Part shown: one piece after another, positions 55,701 through 64,000 of the stretch | Layout of the letters: the number at the start of each line of letters is the position of its first letter | Position numbering within the stretch: the stretch's first letter is position 1 | Assembly (NCBI GenBank): GCA_002633005.1 | Contig: NMRA01000339.1 | Span: forward strand, 392,685 to 456,684 | Reading direction: 5' to 3' | From: Phoronis australis | Lineage: Eukaryota > Animalia > Phoronida | DNA length: 64,000 bases | Position numbers and translations under genes: made by a program | Notes under the pieces: model-generated | The model's input: the letters and a program-made list of their open reading frames with translations, nothing else | Databases searched by the model: none | What the model was told of the DNA's origin: nothing

Positions 55701-58700
55701 GTGCCGTTATAGCCCTCTGAAGGTGGAACTGACATCGTTAAGCAATCGGTCATCGTAGAACCCATCATGAACGTACCGCAATAGTTCATACCTGAAAAGG
55801 TTAAAAAGAATATGACAAGGAAAAGAATGGGGATTTTCAATACTGGTGTAAATTAATATGGTGATTGAATATATTATGCTAAAATGTTCAATTTAAACTC
55901 GGAAAAATAAGTTCATTCCTTGCTTACTGGATGGGAACGCTGGCAGAGGGGTTTTGTAGCACACTCCATTTGTTACGGTGTATGTAATTTGCTGAAAATA
56001 AAAACAACGGACGTCAATTAAAAAGATATACTGGAACAGGCATAAATACAAAGCTACAAGTTATCAGATTTTTTCAAATGACCGGACTTCGTTTTCTGGC
56101 TTCATCGTCTTGCCCATCACAGGGATATCTTCAATCCAAGAAAACGTACCACCAACGTTGAGTTTAGTACTCAGCTGTTTTCCATAATGAACGAGTCAAT
56201 TAATGACAAATAGCCAAAACATGAGCAACAGAAATAGATTAAAACTGCGTCATTTTCAAGATAGCCGCCACGACGTTTCGAAATCACTAAAAATAGATAT
56301 AACGTTTTCAATAATTGTGATGGAGACATAATTTTTGGTTCTAGGCTATGGTTTTAAGGGGTAAACAACTCACTGGTGTGGTTAAAATTCAGATACGACC
56401 ATAATTAGATATTAAATTCAAGATGGCAACTAAAATTCAAGAACGAAAAGTCGCAGGTTTGTCCATTATTTAATGTCTTCCGCTATAACGAAAATATGAT
56501 TAAATTCGACTGGTTTCTGATTGAATGGTCTTAAAATATTTAGATTTGACTGAATTCTGACTGAATTCTGACTGAATTACTTTAAAATATGGACATTGCA
56601 TTAATATTTAAGCTGTCAAATATTTAGTCTAATGCATTGGCCTGCAGTGCATATGAAACGGTCATTAAAATTGTCTTACTAGTGTATATTTGTTTGACCC
56701 TGGTTTTTATTTTAAAAATTCACACAAGGAAACTAGAAGCCCAGAGCAACATGTCAACATATCCGTCTGAAGTGCCCCACAATTGTACAGATCATCGACA
56801 ATCTTGAGAAGAATTCTGAACTGAGTACACAATCCAAAACGAGTCAGCTGTGGCTGGGCTGAAGATGCTTCATACTGCTCAGGCAATGATCAAGGTAGAT
56901 CGCACTCGGTCTTGGACAGAGTCGATTTGGTTTTTTTGGTAGTACCAAGAAGATGTTCCTGCAACAACACAGGGATAACAAAGAAAGGAGGTAGAGGCGC
57001 TATCCATACATGCATATGGTTTGTTGCGCGGTGAGCGACTTTGCTCTTTAGTAAGAAAATAAGATGTGCTCCCTATTAAAAACACCGAATCTCTGTACTG
57101 TTTCAGGTTCACAGATTACAAACATCTGCCCAAGAATCCTTTCAAAATGGGGACTATTACAAGTGTACGCTGGAAAATGTTTTTTCATGGGCAATCATTA
57201 CAAATGGTCCCGTTTTTTACTTTATTCTCTAAATTGATTGGTAGTCTGGTGTTCTATACATGTAGCTGCACCCTACTCAAAATATAATCGATTACCTTCG
57301 GGTATCGGACACTTTTTTCAAATGGTACATAACCCAGTATATACTATAATTTAATAACACACCCAGACCTTCCATTTCTTCTCACAAATCCTAATATGTT
57401 CAAACCTAACCAAAATATAACTTTTTACAATTTCCTTAATACAGTCACTTCAGACATCTTGTAAACATAAAAATAAGTGGTCATCTGAGATAGATATAAA
57501 CGGTGTTATAAATAATGTAGATTTTAGTGAATCTGATAAATGGTGGAGAAAAGTAAATAAAGTCCCCTTCATTTGTACAAAAGATACAAAATTGCGTTGG
57601 TTTCAATATCTCTTAATTCACAGAATATTACCAACTAATAATTATTCACATAAAATTGAAATAAAAACTAGTGATCTATGCTCTTTCTGTGGTGAACACA
57701 GTGAAACTGTTCTCCATCTGTTTTGGGAATGTCGTCTTGTCTCCGGTTTCTGGCTCCTGTTTGCTGATTGGTTAAAACAAACATATCATGTAAATTTTCA
57801 TGTGGACAAGATATCAGTGTTTTGTTTTTTTGGGAAACATTCAGTCGGAGAATTGTAACATTAATCTGTTAATCATGCTAGAAAAAATTACATATTTAGC
57901 CAAAAGTTTGTTAAAAAACCCCTTAATTTCTAATTGTTCATTAACTTTATAAAATTACATCCTGAAGGAAATACGGTACCAGTTGACTAATGATTTAATT
58001 TTATTCTTTGTAAACGATGTATACTGTATTGTTTAATGTGACATGTAATTATCATGCGAGAGCAAAATAAAACAAATTTTACAATTTGATTTCTATTTGT
58101 ATAACTTCACTTCCAACGAAAACGACAACCGTAGTGATAGCTGACGCTTAAATTATGAGAGCACTTAGTGTTTTTTTTAATTAATAGTAACAGAAGTCAA
58201 CCGCAAACTTTGTTGAATGTCAGTACGAAATTTTTATATTTTAGTGACATCTTTCGATTGACGAAACTTTTCACGTGCTCTAAATTAGTGAAGAAAATAT
58301 CTTTAAAAGGGTTTCCAAGAGAAGTTTGAAATATAGTGGTGAGTGGTGTACTAAATTGCGAGAGATCATTTTTGAGGAAAACATTTTCACCTACAGCGTT
58401 TCTATAGGGATGGTTAGCATACCTACCACAATGGGATATCTGACTTCGATTTTTAAATCATGAATTTTAAGCTTCTTGTACGTATGCTTCAGATTTGATC
58501 AACGTGGCAACGCAAATAGTCTAATACAGCGAATTATCAAACCTATCGATATGGCAGATCGGACGTCGGAGTCCGCTGTTCCAAAAAAACATCTGCGTTT
58601 TTCCACAATAGAAAGATTCATGATTCGCTCACATTCAATTGAGAAAGACAAAGGAAGTTGTAATCATAACTGCCAAAGGACGACGTTTCTTTATAGTCAC

Positions 58701-59620
58701 CTTTTTAAAATCAGCAAGAAACCTCTGTTTGTATGAGATAGTGCCAATACTTAACGTTTGTGATCCACCTTGAAGCATCTTCTCCACGTCGAAGGCCATG
58801 GCCCCATTAACCTGGAAGAGTGCAAAGCAATATTCAAATCGCGTTTGTTAGCAAGCTGCATTAGTAGACTTGCTCTTTCACGAACCATGGGAGTGTTATA
58901 AATATACATTTTTTACATTTATTGCGCAGATAATAATACAAAGCCAGTCTAAGGTTGGGCGCCTCAGATCTGACTTTAACAAAAGCATATAACATTATAA
59001 TATTGACCTAAAAATTTATCTGGCAACAAAATGCACCTGAAACGGGGAATGGGGTCCGGGGAAGGACTTTCATGCGCCATCCATACACACACTGGCGCTG
59101 TACTGAAATGATGTTTGATGAAATTATGTACTAAATAAATATAACGTATGAAACCAATAATAACAGTAGAACTTTGTTCATTTCTAGAATAATAATTAAA
59201 AGCATGCGTGCAGACGTCTCCATTTATCCACATTTGTGTCCAAGGTACATTTTTTATTAAAATTGCGTAAAAGTTTGTAACTTCAACTTGAAATCGTTAA
59301 AAAGTAGAGGCTTTTCTACTTTTGTTGTCCGATAAATGAAGTAAAGTGCCAGTGTATTAATGGTATTGCAAACTCATTTGTGGTTTTGGTTAAAGTTTTG
59401 AAATCTGACATGTCCCAAATCATGAACATGAACTGAGCTTGCACTGATTCCCAGAAAGTCTTGACACAGGTGCAATAACAAAACGTATGAAGTAAAGTCT
59501 GGGAGTGTTATATGTTTGTGAAAGAAGTGTGTGACTTAGAAAGAACTCCAACTCATAAGTAAGTAACTATTCAGCCAGTGAGAAACTAGCTTTGTTTCAG
59601 ATTATGACCGCCGTAACTGA
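52752..59620 (+). repeat. Second copy of the tandem segmental duplication (paralogous to about 26451-38590)
   Basis: Collinear blocks: 26453-27553/52752-53840, 28897-29680/53846-54605, 34236-34945/54655-55388, 35820-35960/55398-55535, 36356-36620/56914-57052, 36995-38480/57063-58900, 38480-38590/59500-59620. Confidence 0.92.
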
Positions 59621-61704
59621 GAACGACCAACTACTTTTTTGAAGCTCACTTAAACATAAATAGTCATACGGGTGGAAGAAACTCGAAGATATAGATATTG
59701 ATCTCTTTTGTTCACGTTATGACAAACTCCGAAAGTACGGCAACATATTCTGCTTAATGTATCAACAAAATTGCAAGCTAATTACATGTCTTAAAGTTAA
59801 TATTTGGTCAAAAATGCAGCATACTGCGACGATGTGAATTAATAAACTGCCACCGAAGTTGCCAAACGTTTTTTAAGAACGAGTTTTATGGAGAAAATGA
59901 TCGTCGCATATCGCGTGATCGAGTCTGGAGAGACTTGTTACTAGGAACAAAACTGCCTATGCTAGGTACATCATTAGTGCAAATATGATCTGTTTGCAAT
60001 TTTTTCACATAAAATTACAGGTTTAGACGTAAAAGATATTGTTGATTTACATGGTTATTTTATGAACAATGCTGGTATTTAATTTTGCACACAATAATGT
60101 GTCATAATATTTGGAATGAGCCAATGAGAGCCTGCATTAGATATGACTTTGTTAATGCCTTTGGCTGAACAGAGGCACAATGTAAATTTACCCAGAAAAT
60201 AGGTTCAAGTTTTACGCAACCCAGCCTTGTTGTGTGTCAGAATAAATATTGATTAAGTAATTAGTAAGATTAGATCCATTTTACATGTAAGTTACCCAAA
60301 ATTTGTGCATATGTACTTTGAAATCATGGGGTCAGACTTGTTGACATGTATTTTAACGTCAAAATCTATTTTTAGATGGTGTTTACAACTTTGGGTTCTG
60401 GGGTCAAAGTACTCTAGAGATTCTAGAATATTCTGAGAACAAATTGTAACAGCCAATAATATGAGTGGATATGATCATGTGGTTTTTATTAGCCAATCAC
60501 TAAATAAGTAGAATGTTATATTGTGGGCTGAAATCAACAAGATAATTAGATGTGCTATAGTAGTTGAAGCATAAGGACTTACTACAGTGTACAGAAGCAA
60601 TTGTACGACAGAGCCATCTCGTGGAAGATTCTAGAAAGGATCTTGGCAAGGGCAAGGGTTAACGAACAGGAAGTTAACTAAGAGCTTGTCACTTGCATTG
60701 TGGGTAGCAAGGTACTACCTGAAGTGTTGCGTCATCAGCCAGAGACTGTGACCAGCAAGAAGATTCGCGGGTAGAAGAAATTGCCTGCAAGTGTTGCATC
60801 ACCAGAGACTGTGACCAGCAAGTACACTGTCGCTATACAATGTGTGTGCAGTTCTAAGATTCACCAACAGGACAGACATCCAACAAGTGGCGAGTCCTAG
60901 CTTGGATAGCAGATAAGACATTTGATCGTTTTCGTTGTTTGATTAAAGTAATCTTTAAAGAGGGCGCTAGCGTAGTTACTCTTTGTAGTTGATTACTTAA
61001 TTAACAATAGGTTTCATTTGTCTAATTAGGGGTTATCATATAATAAATTAATTACTGGATTTGAATATTCACTCTCCATCTACGCACAATCTCAATGCAT
61101 AGCTACCTTTTAAACACACCCACAGTCAATCGTCTGACATTGTGGCAGTAGCAAACTTCGAACTAGAAGATCTCGGGATCGAATCATGACGAGTTCTGCT
61201 TTACACTACACACTAATTGAAGCATTTTAAGCATTCAAATTGTATTACCATAGCAGCGGTCAGTATGGAGAATTTATTTATTGAATCCGAAATTTCGTTG
61301 CGTTTATTCTCTCAAAATCAGTCGACATTTAGTCCTATAATGCTGTTTACTATAAGTTTCTAGGTAGCATATATGTAGTTATGAGAACATCTTTAAAGCT
61401 GCTTGTCGTGACTTGAATAATAAGAATACTGTAGGATACAGTTGTTGATATATCATAGACGCATGCATAGTCTAGATATCATTGAAATTCTGGTAATTCC
61501 TTGTTATGCGCATCATAGATCCCTTCCGGTTCAAAAAGGACTGTCCAAGACATTGAAACTTACCAAGAAGTTCTGGACAACACCGTCAGTAACCTGGCCA
61601 ATAATTACGCTGTGTGAACCGGCATATTGCTTTGCCGGCATCTTGCAGGTTTGAGCCTTGAGCAACGTGGCTGCCACCAAGAGAACCGCAATTGTCTTGA
61701 GCAT
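54939..61704 (-). CDS. Ependymin-related (EPDR) secreted protein, about 200 aa; possible pseudogene (1-nt phase conflict at exon 3)
   Basis: Exons 61704-61564 (signal peptide MLKTIAVLLVAATLLKA, then C..P.KQYAG), 58811-58701 (MAFDVEK...FLADFKK), 56958-56876 (...DHCLS), 55791-55624 (NYCGTFMMG...TKTCIPMT), 55039-54939 (FINATLGIPDPSVLEIPPECN*). The CIP and N.T.GI.DP.V..P..C motifs are ependymin-like. The exons sum to 604 nt, one base off frame. Confidence 0.68.
57434..58076 (+). mobile_element. 5'-truncated LINE (L1/Tx1-like) 3' end
   Basis: Encodes the C-terminal RT zinc-binding motif LRWFQY..IHRILPTN...CSFCG..SET.LHLFWEC. A-rich tail, 11-bp TSD TTTTACAATTT (57423-57433, 58077-58087), empty site at about 37656-37665 in the paralog. 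Confidence 0.85.
60339..60905 (+). mobile_element. Isolated LTR (about 547 bp) with adjacent primer-binding-site-like sequence
   Basis: Termini TGTTG (60339) and CAACA (60885), then AG and TGGCGAG at 60888. Internal direct repeat CCAGAGACTGTGACCAGCAAG twice. No gag/pol downstream. Confidence 0.55.
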
Positions 61705-63635
61705 CTGGAAAAGCAAGATTTATCGATAAATTCAGCATCCATTGTGGTGAACTTACAACCGAATGTATTGCACATTGCCTAGACACGTACATGTAGAGTA
61801 ATATGCCCTTACTAACGGTACGGACATTGTAGTAATTACAGTCGATGAATACCGTCCGCTCAGAACATTTCGGGTTTTTGGTAGCCTCAGTTATCCCCTC
61901 GAAGGTGAGTGTTATCTTATCAGTGCAAACGTAAACATAAAAGTCAATCCATTTTAAAATTCACATGGAATTTGCTGTATAGCATTTTAAAACCTGTCGA
62001 TTAGACCACGTTATCCTACCTTTCCTAAGTCCCGTGAAAGTACGTGATATGAAGAAATAATGCTGAATGAATATATTGCTAACTAAACGCAACTATTATA
62101 GGTTACATGTGACTAATCGATTTCGCAAGTTGACATAAAACTAACATCACGATAAGAATGTTTACGCATTGGCCATCAACGCGTGGGTTCAAGGGCCTGT
62201 CAGTGTGACCTGAGTGGCGGCTGATATCCTTTGACCCAATTTTGCTCCCTAAAGTACATACAACACAAGAAACGAACTATTCCTGACTCACTGATTTTCG
62301 AAGAGATTTCACTACTACTGTAATTAATGCCTTCAAGTCTAGTGGCGATTCTTATTTCTTTCGTCTGCTCATCGAACTCTACAAGCCGCCAGAATGCCAA
62401 CTCCAGAACGCGGGATCTTCACTGACGTATTCTATTATAAGAGCCTGCTACCGAGGAGTGTACATACAAGCTGCGACCCCGAGACTAGCCACGAGAATAA
62501 CACTGAGGGACAAAGCCATTTGTGACGGACGTACAGTCAGAGAACATTTTGATCAATTGCGTAAAAAATATTCATCCTTAGAAAATAATGAATTCATCAA
62601 TTGATAGGTCTCTATGATAGCTTTCAAAGCATGTATCAGTAAAAAATTACTAAAATCTGTTACAACTTCTTCACTTAATTTTAAAGCTGCCTTTGTAATA
62701 TTGTATTGTTTTAAGGTTGTTAGGGGTGAGATACATTTTATCAATAAAAATATGACTTAAAGTTATTTTTATTGGCTGAAACTTGCAATTTTTAGTCATG
62801 GGTGTGATGGACGTACGTGACGGACTTATAAATTCTCTGTACGTCTGTCACGCAATTTCTGACTAAACGAATAACCCCAGGAATCCAAAATTTTGGTCAG
62901 TAGTATTGAGTCATAAGTCAAAAGAGCATCTGAAAGTATTTTTATTTTGATTAAAAACTTTTAACGTAACTAAACTTTTGAACACTTTTTGTGATGGACG
63001 TACGGCACCATGATATCCAGGATTTGACCTTTGACCCCAAGAGGTCAGAGATGTGCCAAAGTTGAAATGTTATTTTTTATAAAATTTGGGGTTATGTGAG
63101 GGCACAAATTTGATAGTATAGTGAAAATTCTATAATTAGCTTTTCATGACAAAGAAAATCGAGGTAATTTCTAGGGTCAAGTGACCCCAAAATGGGTCCA
63201 TTTAGGCACAAAAATTGAAAGTTATAGGACAGTCAAACATACATGTAGGTCCTGAAGCTGAAGAGAATGGGCTTTCAGATGAGACCAGAAATGTTGGTGT
63301 CGACACAATTTCATTTTTTTTTGTCAGGGGTTTCTCGGCAAATTTAGTCAACAAACCCGACAATTAACATTGGCCATAAACACCGACCTGTAGCCAGATG
63401 GATGTCGCTAGAGTAGTTTGGCCTACCTGATATATTTTCAGCTCCAGTCGTAGAACTATTTTCGACAATCTATCAAAACACATGCAAAAGTATTTCAACA
63501 AGACAAAGTGGGTGTTAGAATAATGTTACAGTATGTTATGGAAAGAAGTTACATTTGTCCTAAACGAAATGCTTGTTTACACGTACATGTACATGTACGT
63601 GACTTTCGAAAAATTATAAATAACTGCTTAGCAAA

Positions 63636-63663
63636 GTGTGTGTGTGCGTGCGTGCGTGCGTGC

Positions 63664-63710
<47 letters not shown>

Positions 63711-63736
63711 CCTGTGTGTGTGCCTGTGTGTGTGTG
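63636..63736. repeat. Compound (GT)n/(GCGT)n microsatellite
   Basis: Directly visible tract. Confidence 0.95.
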
Positions 63737-64000
63737 TTGTTCTGAGAAGTAGCCTTACTGTTACTTGCAGTAATTACCTACATGTATGCCCGTGAAATAA
63801 AATTTAAAAAACATGAAAAGTTTTCCCCAATCCCGTACCTTTTGTTGTTGACAGCGTACAGTGTATAATTGCCAATTGCTACGCTCTAATAGGCAGACTG
63901 TCCCACTTTTTGATTTTTTCGCCCTTCCGCCACATCATCAAAATGTCTCGCATTTGACACGCAGCCAAACTGACATAAATATTTTCATATACTATTGTAA

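Noticed and set aside
63508-63795. 95-aa Cys/Val-rich ORF
   Set aside because: Translation of the (GT)n microsatellite and TACATG repeats.

Overview
Eukaryotic, AT-rich, intron-rich DNA, inferred to be from a marine invertebrate. No prokaryotic features or CRISPR. I built five gene models by hand from GT-AG sites and exon phases. (1) PCCB, exons 1-8 on the minus strand, running off the left edge. (2) An intronless GT92 glycosyltransferase nested antisense in PCCB intron 6. (3) A complete 8-exon S28-family serine protease, head-to-head with PCCB across a 133-bp gap that holds an ETS-CRE motif. (4) A 3-exon TMEM26-family gene. (5) An ependymin-related (EPDR) gene that the ORF track shows only as fragments and that has a 1-nt phase problem. 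The right 40 kb is an old tandem duplication with breakpoints in S28 intron 5 and EPDR intron 1. It left a 5'-truncated EPDR relic and S28 relics, and the TMEM26 gene lies inside the dead copy. Comparing the two copies gives filled and empty sites for a TTAA/THAP (Kolobok-like) foldback element and a LINE. It also shows repeated TA to TACATGTA conversions matching Tc1/mariner excision footprints. That octamer is strongly enriched right of about 25 kb and nearly absent left of it. Family assignments come from recalled motifs, not database searches.
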